Part shown: one piece after another, positions 1-12,544 of the stretch
Layout: the number at the start of each line of letters is the position of its first letter
Numbering within the stretch: position 1 is the first letter of the stretch
From: Mobula hypostoma
Lineage: Eukaryota
DNA length: 64,000 nucleotides
Assembly: GCF_963921235.1 (NCBI RefSeq)
Contig: NC_086119.1
Coordinates: 35,836,001 to 35,900,000 of the forward strand
Reading direction: 5' to 3'
Program-made: the position numbers and the translations under genes
The notes under the pieces: generated by a model
Database searches by the model: none
Seen by the model: only the letters and a program-made list of their open reading frames with translations
Told to the model about the DNA's origin: nothing

Positions 1-997
1 CTACCAGAGAAGCAGGTAAAATCAAATAAAATTACTATATTTAAGTGGAACTTAGACAGAAACACAAGATATTAATGCAAGCAAATAGAATTGGTGTAGA
101 TGGGCAAAATGTTCAGTAGTGATGTGTTGGCCCACAGGGTGTGTTTTCACATTATACAATTCTGACTCTAAAGCCAAAGATGAGCAACACTTACAGATGC
201 ATTACCCAATCAATGAGTTAACTGGCTGGGGTACCTGTTTGCTTGTGATTGGTTTTGAGAAATTCAAAGAAGAGTATTCAAACTTGTTCACATTAAGGTA
301 AAATGCAGGCAGTTAACCATGGTCTTTGAGGTGGATGTTTCACACAAGCATTGGCTTAACACCTTGATTCACTTTAGAATACCAGGAAAAATCTCTTGCT
401 GCCCACAGCTGACATTGAGATGCCTTGCTGTTTATTGCCTAAGAAACAAACCTACAAAATAGGATTCTTCACATCTATTACGATAGTGGTGACTTTGTAC
501 TACTTTGATAATTATCTCTCTGTTATTCCTTTATGGACCAACGCAATTTCAAAAACTCATTGGGTAACGAGCAACTTTCGGAAAAAGTTAAAACCGTTAT
601 CCTAACCTTGCAGTCAACCAGTTTCCCACCTCCTCTAACCATCTTCTTACATCGATATGCAAATTGAATTCCCCACCTTCTTCCCTCCTTCCCAACCTAG
701 CCTAAATCTTAACACATTACAATAACAGTGTGATGCTACTCAAGTTAATGAGAAATTAATGCCAGGAAGTTGAAGTGGAAAGAAGAGAGCCATTGGCTCC
801 CAGAAGAGCCGCAGCCCTTCCAGGAAGCAGCAAGTGCTTCAAAGTGATGCACTGAAGGGCAAAAACAATGCTGGGCAAAAAGATAAAGCAGGGCTTTCGA
901 TGGCAGCTGAGACAAGTACAGGAAAAAAAGCATAAAGGAAATAAAATTAGTAAAGTAAAATGAGAAGAAAGTTTTATTTCAACCCAAATTCAAACTT

Positions 998-1468
998 TCT
1001 GATTCCTGGGATGGCAGGACTTTCATATGATGAAAGACTGGATGAACTAGGCTTATACTCGTTGGAACTTAGAAGATTGAGCGGGGGATCTTATTGAAAC
1101 GTATAAAATCCTAAAGGGATTGGCCAGGCTAGATGTAGGAAGATTGTCCCTGATGTTGGGGAAGTCCAGAACGAGGGGTCACAGTTTGAGGATAAAGGGG
1201 AAGCCTTTTAGGACTGAGATTCTTCACACAGAGAGTGGTGAATCTGTGGAATTCTCTGCCACAGGAAACAGTTGAGGCCAGTTCATTGGCTATATTTAAG
1301 AGGGAGTTAGATATGGCCCTTGTGGCTAAAGGGATCAGGGGGTATGGAGGGAAGGCTGATGCAGGGTTCTGAGTTGGATGATCAGCCATGATCATACTGA
1401 ATGGCGGTGCAGGCTCGAAGGGCCGAATGGCCTACTCCTGCACCTATTTTCTATGTTTCTATGTTTTT
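998..1468 (+). mobile_element. CR1 LINE 3' fragment
   Basis: End of ORF2 (LGLYSLELRRL/GDLIETYKILKG-like), 3' UTR hairpin and (TTTCTATG)n tail. Confidence 0.85.
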
Positions 1469-2393
1469 GAACTTGAATTAAGAGACAATCTGTTTAAGGA
1501 GGAGCAGCACCCCCTAGTGCCAGAGGAAACCAAGGAAGCACAGAGCAACAGAACCACCTGGTGTCTGATGAGGGTAATGACTTAACATTTAAAGGCAACC
1601 CCCACATTAGAGATGGGTCATGTTCCTTAAAAAAGTCTATGTTGTGACTTCCTGCAAACCCTCCTTTCCCATTGAATCAATGTTATAAGCATTCCTATAG
1701 GATACTTCTCTCTCATGTTAAACATTTTTTAATGGTGATGACAAAGTGACTCACAATCATAACCTAGCAGCTGAAGGAATAAGCTCATCTCATGTAAATA
1801 AAAACAAAATTATTAGTTCTAGTCACTCAGTACTGAAGGGCAATAAAACTTGGATATGATGTCATTGTGTTAACTAGGTTGGCAGTCACAGAAAGTCCTT
1901 CCTTTGCAGCAATCTTTCCATCTGAGGGCACGTGAACAGACCTCACAGAGCTGATCATCTGCATGGCATTTTCTCTGCTGTGCAAAATTTATGTAATTGG
2001 AAAAGGTTTAGGAAGTGGGCTAATCAAGAAAAGGGGTGGGATTTAAAGATCAGGGTTCACGGGAGAAAACTGGTGCTGAAGGAGTTCTGGGATAATGGGT
2101 TAAAGCACAGTGGTTTAGTGAAAGTACAGTAAAGGAGTTGGACACGGCTATAGTGGCTCCACACAATGTGCTAGCCCTCCACTCTGAGAAGACTGTTCAC
2201 ATGCCGTCAGATTGGAGCGTTGTGCCCAAGGAGGGACTCACTTTCACTGTCAACACAATTTATGAGGAAAAATCATCGCCACATCTTATCCACAGTACTG
2301 AGTGACTGAAATAAAATTGACAAATTTTTACAAACTATTTTGTGTTTATTTTCCCCCCACAAACTCTATTAAAGCAAATTTGATTCCGTATCT

Positions 2394-2625
2394 CAAACAA
2401 GAGAAAATCTGCAGATTGTAAAAATCGAAGCAAAACATGCAAAATGCTGGAGGAACTCAGCAGGCCAAGCAGCATCTATGGAAAAGAGAACACTTGACAT
2501 TTCAGGCCGAAACTCTTCCTCCAGTTCTGATGAAAGATTCGGCCCAAAACGTCAACTGTTTACTCTTTTCCATAGATACTGCCTAGCCTGCTGAGATCCT
2601 CCAGCATTTTGTGTGTTGCTTTGAA
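2394..2625. mobile_element. Fold-back non-autonomous Penelope-terminus element
   Basis: Two inverted copies of the Penelope terminal sequence (arms ~2428-2488 and ~2562-2620) around a decayed hammerhead motif. Confidence 0.75.
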
Positions 2626-5555
2626 TCTCACTCTTTTGAGTAGTACTTGTTTTATTTTACCCAAAGATAGGTAACAGGCCCTTCCAGCCCAGCAAGCCTG
2701 CACTGCCCAATTAATCTACTAACTTGTACATCTTTGGAATGGGGGAGAAAATGGGATCACTCATTGGCCACAAGGAGAACATACAAACTCTTTACAGATA
2801 GAGGCAAAATTGATTGAAACCAGTTCACTAGCGCTGTAATAGTGTTACACTGCTACATTATTGTGCGAGTTTATCGATATAGAAGCTTCAAATAATCATT
2901 GACATTTTTTGTTCAGTTTTCAAGACGTGGGAGTCACAGGCAAGGCCATCATTTAGTTCCCCTCCTCTACTGTTTTTGACCATGGCTTTAAGCCATTTTA
3001 ACAGTTCTACAGTTGATAGTGTTACCACAGTTCTATTTGTAAGGATGGATCAACAGAAATGATGGTGTGCTGTCTTCTTCAACTGCTGCAGTCTTCTGTT
3101 ATAAGTACTTCCACAATGTTGTAAACATCAATCCCTACTGTTACAAAAGTCAGAAATGGATGACTTGCATATTTACTTATTACAACATGGAAGGAACCCA
3201 TGCAGCCCATCAGACCTATGCCTCCTCCCAGTCCCATTCTCCCCCTTCCTTATTTTCCCACAGCCTACAACATTCTCTCTTATGTGCAGCAACTTCTCTT
3301 TTGCCTCTTTAGGGGCAATTTACAGTAGCTAATTAACCTACCAGCACTCTTTGAGATGTGGGCAGTCAATGGAGTAGCTGGTGCCACTCAGTCACAGGCT
3401 GAACAAAGCCCAAATCAAACTATGGCCCCTGGAGTTCTGAGGAAGCAGCACTAACTGTTGCAGCACCCTTGAATATATTGACTGAGCCGTAATGAGTTGG
3501 ATTGGATTTGCCCTGATTTTTGTTAATAAGATTAAGAAGATGCCAGGGTACTAGAACAGCTTGATTAGAATTGCAGCTACTTCTGGAGGACAAGGCTTCA
3601 TTAATACAGCTGGGATGTTATCTGGCACCAAAGTCTTTGCTGTAGCCAGGGCTCTCAGCCATTTCTGACTTGTGATCTCAGAAAGAGGCCAGGTTTTCAC
3701 CTGGCTGAAAATAATTGTGAATGCTTCAGTCTAGTCTTTATCACTTATGTTAGGACCCACCATCATTAGGATGGGGATGCCTCCAAAAACTTTGTTCTAC
3801 CAACAGTATAATTTTATTTTAGGAACTTCATACTTAACACTTACATTTTGTTTGATTTTTGGAAGGATTATAGAAGAATAAAAAGGTTAAAAGCAGAAAA
3901 TATTCCTTAAACCAAGGGTGCACAACTTTTGAATTCATAGAATGAAAACAGGCATTTTTTAGACCAAAACTGGCAAGTTTACAACTCCTTTAAAATAGAC
4001 AGAAAGCAAAATCAGAATTAATTATGTTTAGAAAAATCAATTGAGAACACCTAAGTACAAAATAATAGGAATAAATCACTGACGGGATTAGTTAATATAT
4101 TAAAATAATCAAACAGGTATATCCATTAAACAACGTTGGCGTACAATAGTTAATGAAGTAATAAAAAAGATGAGTGATTTTATCCATTAAGTGATTAAAT
4201 GAATTCTTCTCTTCAGTTTCAATAGTGTGTTGTCATTCCAGACAAGTTTAATTGAGCTGGATGGTTAATGACACATGGAACTGGATAAAAGTTCTGTCCT
4301 GCGCAAAATGCTCTGAGAGCTATTAAATATACACAAAACTCTTAAGACAGATGTCATGCATCTTAAAATCCTCAAGGAATTATATTTCTTCAATGTTCCA
4401 CAAATCCTGGAGAAATATCTGAAGATTATGAAATAAATGTGGTTTCAATATTCCAAACAACAGCATGCTGTGCAGCCTATAAACACAGCCAAATATATAA
4501 AGGGCGAAATATGCTCTGTCTGGGCATAAGACAATCATTCAGTTTGCTCTGGGACTATTACTGCAATGACTAGATATTGCAGTAGAAACAACTGGGGAAC
4601 CCAAATATCACTGGCAATGTTACTAAAGATTAATCAGGTAACATCATCCAGGAAATCCATATCTACACTTCAACAAGGAACTCGAAATTTACCATTGAGA
4701 TGCCCTGTTCTTCCAAAACCTTCATTCTCGCAGAAACTTACTAAGATACTAAACATGCAATATCACACAACATATCATTGATTTTACAGGTACCAGTAAA
4801 CACACTGGTGAAAGCTAGGGATTATCCACTTCAGTTCAAGTGAATTTTCAAAGGGCAATCTTAATTACTGTCAAGTCACTGCACTAGAACCAAAAATTAA
4901 CTACTGCAAGCAAGAGACTTCATTCTTCAGATTTTAGTTACTGATAAACATAAAAACAATAACACTTTTTTGTCATTTGTCCTATTTCAGTCCCATTTTT
5001 CCATTAATTAGTTTGTTTTGTGCATATTATTAGACACTGCATGAACAATTCTAGCTGACAGTCCATATCTCAGTGAGGAAACTGTAATGTGATTAGATTA
5101 AGGAGACATATACAGCTTGGAGTGGGCAAAAATTACAACCTCCTCACTGATATCCATGAACTGTAAACAAAATGAAAAGAAAATCATTTTCCCTTTTCAC
5201 ACAGTTCTTGGATGCTGTGAAAATGACAGCACACTCGATGTTAATCTGCTGAGAGCCTTCAACTAGAAGCAAAACATTGTAGCATGTGTCATAATTGTTA
5301 TAAAACAATAGACATATTGTTGCATGCTGTTCACAGTTGCCTTTTTTAAACCTATATCATTTCAGCTCCATTACCTTAGATAATGATTATTAATCAGTCC
5401 TAATATTCTTGCTGATAAGCTTCTCTTCTTGCATCAAGAATTAAGAAACTTTTCAGAAGTTTGTGCTTTGTTCAATAATTACTGACAAATTTAACCTCCC
5501 GAAGTGCTGATCGTGAATGCACTGATGCATTCGATCAGAAAACATTTGCTTAAAA

Positions 5556-5620
5556 CAGGATTTTCTAACCTGGGGTTAATGGTAGGGGTGCATTGCATAA
5601 AAAAAGGTTGGGAACCCCTG
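5556..5620. mobile_element. Tiny hAT/Charlie-like MITE remnant
   Basis: Imperfect TIRs CAGGATTTTCTAACCT / AGGTTGGGAACCCCTG; no clean 8-bp TSD. Confidence 0.45.
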
Positions 5621-5644
5621 TTTAAAAGATTCAGTAAGGCTGAC

Positions 5645-5970
5645 AGGGGTGGCACAGTCCCTCACAGTTCCAGAGATCCAGGTTCAATCATGACCACTGG
5701 TGCTGCCTGTGGAGTTTGTATGCTCTCCCCACGTCTGTGTGGATTCCCTTTTCCACCCCAACCCCCCACTCCCTACCAGGTGCGCCCATTTCCTTCCACG
5801 CCCCAAAGACATAATAATGCCACTTAACATAGGTAACTGGCAAATAAATCAAAGGGGATCTGATAATCATGTGAGAGAGAGAAAAAGTTGCAGGGAAATA
5901 GGAAGGCAAAATGAAGACCGGTATCTGTTGGGAGCTGACGTGGATTCCGCAGATAAATGGACTTGTGAGA
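5645..5970 (+). mobile_element. tRNA-derived SINE (decayed)
   Basis: B-box-like GGTTCAATC, then the SINE body (tgtggagtttgtatgctctcccc...cccaaagac) also seen at 17930 and 47878. Confidence 0.65.
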
Positions 5971-6919
5971 GGTAATAGTTAGATAAATATCAATGATATC
6001 TATCATGCAATTAAAAAACAATTAACATACCAGTGAATAGTTATACTAGTCAACCTATACTTGACAAAGTAAACAAAAACTTTTACCTGGGAATTTCCAT
6101 GTAATGGACAACATAAGTGCGGGGTCTGAGCTTACATGGGCAGCTACTCTCTAATATTGGTTTTAAAATTTTATTTCTGCTCGTAATATCAGGACCACTG
6201 ATTTAAATAAGTCAAAATCAATCCTATTCATGTTCATTTTTTTAAATATATACAATTATTTTCATCATGCATAAGATGCTTAATTTATATTCTTGCTGAG
6301 TTCATTGCAGGTACTAGCTGAAACTGACAAGCATGCTCTCATTTATAAACTTCTTGAACTAGTACAAGAAAAATAAGAGAATAAAGGAATTTCAAGAGGC
6401 ATTTGCATAAATTATACTTATACATTAACGAATGTTCATTAATGAGCGAATTATTGGTAATGGAAAGACAAGACAGAAAAAAAAGGGCATTATGAAATTA
6501 CTTTATCTTTTCACAAACTGTACAGGTTTTATAACAATCCTCGCAGTTCATTCAATTCCTCAGGAAATTTGCTTGGATGATTTCAGCAACTGGATCTTAA
6601 CAGTACATTCAAATTAATTATCATAAACATTACTTTATCTGTGAGGTATTAATGTCACTATTTCCCCAACTGCTTTCAATAAAAGTCAGCAAAGCAACAC
6701 AAAACATTTAAATGGTCATCTTCAGCTTCAAGGGAACACAGCAGAGGAGAGCTGAGTTCAAGAATAAGTATGATAGATCTATATAGACAATGGCAAGGGT
6801 TTCCTTTTGTCCATAGACTCCAAACAGCATTTCAATATTTCTCTAGGATAGAACTCAAAGTTCAGACAGACAAAAAGAACAGCTTTCCTCAACCCTGGAA
6901 CATCTGGAAAGCAAAGATG

Positions 6920-8150
6920 CATACATCAGGATGCTCCTTATCAACTACAGCTCCGCATTCAATACCTCATCCCTTTAAAACTAATCAACAAGCTTCAGGA
7001 CTGTGGCCTCAATAACTCCTTGTGGAACTTGGATCCTCAAATTCCTCACTTGCAGACCCCAGTCAGTTTGGATTGGCAACATCTCCTCCATAATCTCCAT
7101 CCCAGCAGATGCACAAGGCTGTGTGCTTATCCCCCTGTTCTACTCTCTTTACACTTATGATTGCATGGGTAAGTACAGCTCCAATGCCATACTCAAGTTT
7201 GCTGATGACACCAGTGTCACAGGCTGAATCAAAGGGGGTGATGAATCAGCATATAGAAGGCATGTTGAATGTCTGGTGCCATAACAACAAACTCTTAATG
7301 TCAGCAAGACCAAAGAACTGATTATTGACTTCAGAAGGAGGAAACCAAATGTCAATGAGCCAGTCCTCATTGGAGGATCAGAGTGGAGAGGAACAGTAAC
7401 TTATATTCCTCAGTGTCATTATTTCAGAGGGCCAGTCCTAGGCTCAGCATGTACGTGCAAATACGAAGAAAGCACAGTGGTACCACTGCTTCCTTAGGAG
7501 TTTGCTTAGTTTCAGCATGATACCTAAAACTTTGACAAATTTCAATAGATGTGTGGTGGAGAGTATGATGACTTGCTGCATCACAGCCGGGTATGGAAAC
7601 ACCAATGCCCTGGAACTGAAAATCCCACAAAAGTATTTGATATGGCCCTCCCAACCATTGAGCACACCTACAGAAAGTGTTGTCGCAGGAAAGTAGCATC
7701 CATCATCGGGGTCCCCTGGCACTCAGGTCATGCTCTCTTCTCACTGCTGCCCTCACGAAGAAGGGACAGGAGCCTCAGGATTCCCACAACCTGGTTCACA
7801 AACAGCTATTTCCACTTAACCATCAGAGTCTTGAACTAGAGGGGATAACTTCCCTCAACTTCACTTGCCCCATCATTGATATGTTCGCACAACCTACTTT
7901 CAGGGACTCTTCATCTCATGTTCAAGATACTTATGGCGTATTATTATTATTTATTTCTTTTTGTATTTGCAAAGTTTTTTGTCATTTGCACACTAGTTGA
8001 AAGCCCAGTTTAGTGTGGTGTTTCATTGATTCCATTGGGGATATTATCCTATTACGGAGTTATTAATTATGCCCTCCAGAAAATGAATCTCAGGGTCGTA
8101 CATGGTGACATATATGTACTTCGGTAATAAAGATACTTTGAACTTTGAAG
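6920..8150 (+). mobile_element. Rex1/Babar-type LINE, decayed 3' part
   Basis: RT remnants QGCVL..LFYSLYT, KFADDT, LFSLLPS; AATAAA plus (TTTGAAC)n tail. Confidence 0.85.
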
Positions 8151-8409
8151 GCCATAAGATAATAAACAAGACTGACGATAGCTGTCAACTTATTTGGAAC
8201 TCAAATGACAGAAAATAAAAGTTCCATTTCAAAGATAATATTTCACTACCGAGAAAATAATAAAAATAAAGCTGATCTATACTTTGTGCTGAAAAAAAAA
8301 TATTAAGTCTTGAACCTTAGTATAGTTCTGTACCAGAAATCTTGATCGATTGATGTCAATCTTTGTTCACTGGTGCACTAACCTATCACCATGATTAATG
8401 GAGTCATAC

Positions 8410-8529
8410 CTTTGTTTGCTTCCTGTTGTTCATTATTGTGCCCAGGTCCTCTACATCAATGACAGAAGCAGCTTCTGTGGCATCTTCCACCCCAGATTCT
8501 TCTTCACTTGTTGTCTCAAACAATTCTTC
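8410..8529 (-). CDS. TYW1: TYW1 exon 7 (EELFETTSEEESGVEDATEAASVIDVEDLGTIMNNRKQTK)
   Basis: ctctag|GAA ... AAG|gtatga, 120 nt; conserved DVEDLG motif. The radical-SAM exons were not found in the window. Confidence 0.93.
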
Positions 8530-9479
8530 CTAGAGAACATGCAAATAAAAACATGGGAAAATAATAAATCAAGATAAAAACTTATCACCACTAATTCCTT
8601 TGATTTTTCAAGTACACCAACGTCCTTCTGGGAGGAAATCTGCCATTGCTATCCAATCTACCCTTTGTATGACTCCAGAAATACAATAACATAGTTGATT
8701 CTTACAGTCCTCAGAGATGCCCTTCCAAGTCACTGAGTTGTACCATAACTACTATCTTAGAGCAAAAGAATAATAAAACTTTATAGCATATCTGGTATAA
8801 CCTAGGCAACAAATTCTGATGTAGACAAGCCACTGACAACTCAGCGGATCGTTGCAAAATGCTCCTCAAAAACACTGAATGTATGTTAAATCAAAACGAG
8901 AGAAAGAAGCCAACATAAAATTGACAGAAGCTGATTGTTTAAACATATGCAGAACACATTCGACTACTTCAAGCTCAGATCTGTGGAGGGAATTCACCTG
9001 GAAGAATACCTTAAGATTTTTCATAACACTAAAAATAAAGAAGTTACAAAGTAACAGACCAGAACAAGGTCAATGTTGGAGAATGTGTGATAATATGTTG
9101 GCTGATCATTTTCATATTTTCTGGGAATGTCCAAAGATTTTGTCTTATTGGTTAGATGTGGTAACAGAGGTAAGATCAATAATCAGCCCAGAGATTAATT
9201 TTGATTTAAACATTATTTATTTGAGTAATGTACCAAATGGATAGTTGTTACAATTGTTGCAAAGATATTTGTTACAAATACTACTAGCAGCCAGTAAGAA
9301 AGCAATTACCAGGAAATGGCTAAGCAAAGAGTCTCCTACAGTCCTGGAATGGATAGAAATAGTTCAACAAATTTATGTTATGGAATGATTGACTTTCTCT
9401 CTGAGACATGGCACTAAAAAATTTGAAAGATACTGGGAAAATTGGACATTTTATTTGAACATGACTTCTTCACTGTACA

Positions 9480-10186
9480 CAACAAACAACAGGAATTCTG
9501 CAGATGCTGGAAATTCAAGCAACACACATCAAAGTTGCTGGTGAACGCAGCAGGCCAGGCAGCATCTCTAGGAAGAGGTGCAGTCGACGTTTCAGGCCGA
9601 GACCCTTCGTCAGGACTAACTGAAGGAAGAGTGAGTAAGGGATTTGAAAGTTGGAGGGGGAGGGGGAGATCCAAAATGATAGGAGAAGACAGGAGGGGGA
9701 GGGATGGAGCCAAGAGCTGGACAGGTGATTGGCAAAAGGGATACGAGAGGATCATGGGACAGGAGGTCCAGGAAGAAAGACGGCGGGGGGAACCCAGAGG
9801 ATGGGCAAGGGGTATATTCAGAGGGACAGAGGGAGAAAAAGGAGAGTGATAGAAAGAATGTGTGTATAAAAATAAGTAACAGATGGGGTACGAGGGGGAG
9901 GTGGGGCATTAGCGGAAGTTAGAGAAGTCGATGTTCATGCCATCAGGTTGGAGGCTACCCAGACGGAATATAAGGTGTTGTTCCTCCAACCTGAGTGTGG
10001 CTTCATCTTTACAGTAGAGGAGGCCGTGGATAGACATGTCAGAATGGGAATGGGATGTGGAATTAAAATGTGTGGCCACTGGGAGATCCTGCTTTCTCTG
10101 GCGGACAGAGCATAGGTGTTCAGTAAAGCGGTCTCCCAGTCTGCGTCGGGTCTCGCCAATATATAAAAGGCCACATCGGGAGCACC
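9480..10186 (-). mobile_element. Penelope-like element, 5'-truncated (GIY-YIG end plus terminal region)
   Basis: Minus strand reads CGLLYIGETRRRLGDRF...LEEQHLIFRLGSLQPDGMNIDFSNFR*; TTCACTGTACA is repeated at 9469-9479 and 10196-10206. Confidence 0.9.
9582..9617 (-). ncRNA. Minimal type-I hammerhead ribozyme motif in Penelope terminus
   Basis: AGUC-CUGACGA-AGGGUCUCGGCCU-GAAAC-GUC-GACU: complete core, helix I AGUC/GACU, helix II hairpin, palindromic ACGU helix III. Confidence 0.8.
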
Positions 10187-10271
10187 TTCATTTATTTCAC
10201 TGTACATTTATTTGGTTTGAAGAACTTTGTTTTATTTCTTCCTATGAGGGAACCTGCAGAATGGACTTTAA

Positions 10272-11014
10272 AGTCAAGTCAAGTCAAATCAAATTTATTT
10301 ATTAAGTACATTTAAAAACAACACATGTTGACCAAAGTGCTATATAAACCATAATAGGTAGCTAAAGTCACAAATACAAGAAACACAGATATAACCAACA
10401 AGGCACACCACTTATAGGCACAAAATAAACACGAGCCTCGGCACAAGCCAAAAATCAGCCACATCAGTAAGATTCAAACGCTAGTGAATAAAGATAAGTT
10501 TTGAGCCTGGACTTAAAAGAGTCAAGGGAGGGGGCAGATCTGATAGGGAGGGGAATGCTGTTCCAGAGTCTAGGGGCTAGAACAGCAAAGGCGCGGTCAC
10601 CCCTGAACTTAAATTTAGATTGCGGGACAGCGAGCAGCCCCAAGTCAGCCGACTTGAGGGACCTGGAAGTAGAATAAGGGGTTAGAAGGTCTGCGATATA
10701 GGAGGGGGCCAGTCCATTTAGGGCTTTATAAAGAAACAGGAGAACCTTAAAATCAATTCTAAACCGTATGGTAGCCAGTAGAGAGAGGCCAGGATAGAAG
10801 TAATACGGTCTCTCTTCCGGGCACCTGCCAGGAGCCTGGCTGCGGCGTTCTGGGCCAGTTGCAGACGGGAGGGGGACGACTGACTAATCCCAGTATACAG
10901 GGAGACGGAATAGTGCAAGCGGGGGGATATAAGGGCTTGGATTACTTTCTCAAGATCTTTGAAAGAGAGAAATGACTTGATTTTGGCAATAGTACGAAGC
11001 TAGAAAAAACTGGC
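10272..11014 (-). mobile_element. L2 LINE 3' fragment
   Basis: SRLQLAQNAAARLL...ITSILASLYWLP; (TTGAC)n tail; imperfect TSD atggactttaa / atggatcttaa. Confidence 0.85.
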
Positions 11015-11544
11015 ATGGATCTTAAGGTTCCCCTAAGACTCTGAAGGACAATTATGGATATAAGAGTTTGGTTAACCTTGATACAGCAATGTAACCCATT
11101 TCTCTATTCATTTTTTCTATTATGATATGGATTTTACTTCACCTATGATGACCCTGTCTGTCTGTTTTTATCCTGTTTGTTGTTATCAGCAAAACAATAA
11201 AGTTTTAAAAAAAGTGTCAAACTTGGGAAAGTTGTACTACAGACTAGCAGAGCAGTAATGATACTTCCAGAATTATACCTCCCAGACAACATGCCTGTGT
11301 CCTTCATCACAGAGCATGAAAACATCTTGCCCAGACACCAGAGGCAGCAGGACAGTGGTAAAATAATTATACCCATCAAGCTGTTCCCACAACGTATCAA
11401 AGTCCAGAAGAGAGATTTCTATGTGATTCAGTAAAAATATGAAAACACTATTTAATGAATCAAGTTGAATTCATCCTCTACTACACATAAGGTTACAGGT
11501 CAAAGTTGTAATGTGGTACTTGCTGTAATTTTGAACAAATTTAC

Positions 11545-11847
11545 CTCTCCACTACTGTGATCCTTTGTTCCTTCCGACAGTTCTTCATCCTGAAAGGATT
11601 TTTCTTTATGTTTCTTCTCTTTAGACTTGCAACTCCCTTTTTGGCAGGTACCATCACACTCTTTTTCGCCTCCTTTATCTCCTTTATGAAGTGTATGTAG
11701 TCTACTTAAGAACTTGGCTAGCCATCCACTGAAATCTGCTTCAATACTGCCATGTTTGCTCTTGACCACATTGCAATCACCCTCACCTCGAGTCATAATA
11801 CGGCTGGCACTTAACATCCACAGCCACATGTCAATGTTTTTACCAAC
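11545..11847 (-). CDS. TYW1: TYW1 exon 6 (VGKNIDMWLWMLSASRIMTRGEGDCNVVKSKHGSIEADF...SSGE)
   Basis: ttacag|GTT ... GAG|gtaaat, 303 nt; close match to the TYW1 segment RGEGDCxVVKSKHGSIEADF. Confidence 0.97.
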
Positions 11848-12015
11848 CTGTAAAGAACGTGTAAAGTATAACATTAAGAAATTATTATTTTATTATTCTG
11901 GGTAGAATGCAGCACACAAAATACATGAGCAAAAAGACTAAAATGCAAGAGAGTAACCATGGAAAATGATTTACTGGCACAGGAATGCAGTAACAGGACC
12001 TCCAAAGGAAATATA

Positions 12016-12544
12016 CACTCAGTAGCCACTTTATTAGGTACAGCTGAACACCTGCTCATTAATGCAAATATTTAATCAGCCAATCATGTGGCAGAAACTC
12101 AATACATAAAAGCATGCAGACTTTGTCTGAGTTGCTATTCAGACCAAACATTCGAATGGGGAAGTAATGTGATCCAAGTGACTGACTATTGGCGCCAGTT
12201 TGAGTATTTCAGAAACTGCTGATCGCCTGGTATTTTCATGCAGAATTGTCTCTAGAGTGCACAGTGCAAACAAAAAACAAAACATTCAGTGAGCATCAGT
12301 TCTGTGGGGCAAAAAAAAACCTGTTAATGACAGAGGTCAAAGGAGAAAGGACAGACTGGTTCAAGCTGACAGGAAGGTGACAGTAACTCAAATAACCATG
12401 TGTTATAACTGTGGTGTGCACAAGAGTATCTCTAAGCACACAATACATCGAGCGGATGGGCTACAGAAGCAGAAGCCGGTGAACGTACACTGAGTGGCCA
12501 CTTTATTGCATACAGCAGGTACCTAATAAAGTGGCTACCAAGTG
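12016..12544 (+). mobile_element. Tc1-like non-autonomous DNA transposon
   Basis: TA-flanked TIRs CACTCAGTAGCCACTTTATTAGGTAC / GTACCTAATAAAGTGGCTACCAAGTG; decayed transposase N-terminus (SISETAD..). Confidence 0.85.

Larger units (their letters stand above)
8870..11213 (+). mobile_element. L1/Tx1-clade LINE 3' fragment interrupted by two later insertions
   Basis: C-terminal Cys/His knuckle CWRMC...HFHIFWECP, then LLAASKKAITRKW. The 3' UTR resumes at ~10207 and ~11026 and ends in AATAAA plus an A-tail at ~11196-11213. Confidence 0.75.

Noticed and set aside
1-8400. TYW1 exon 8 onward (RRAMITP..., radical-SAM CxxxCxxC)
   Set aside because: No matching minus-strand sequence recognised; probably beyond the left edge.
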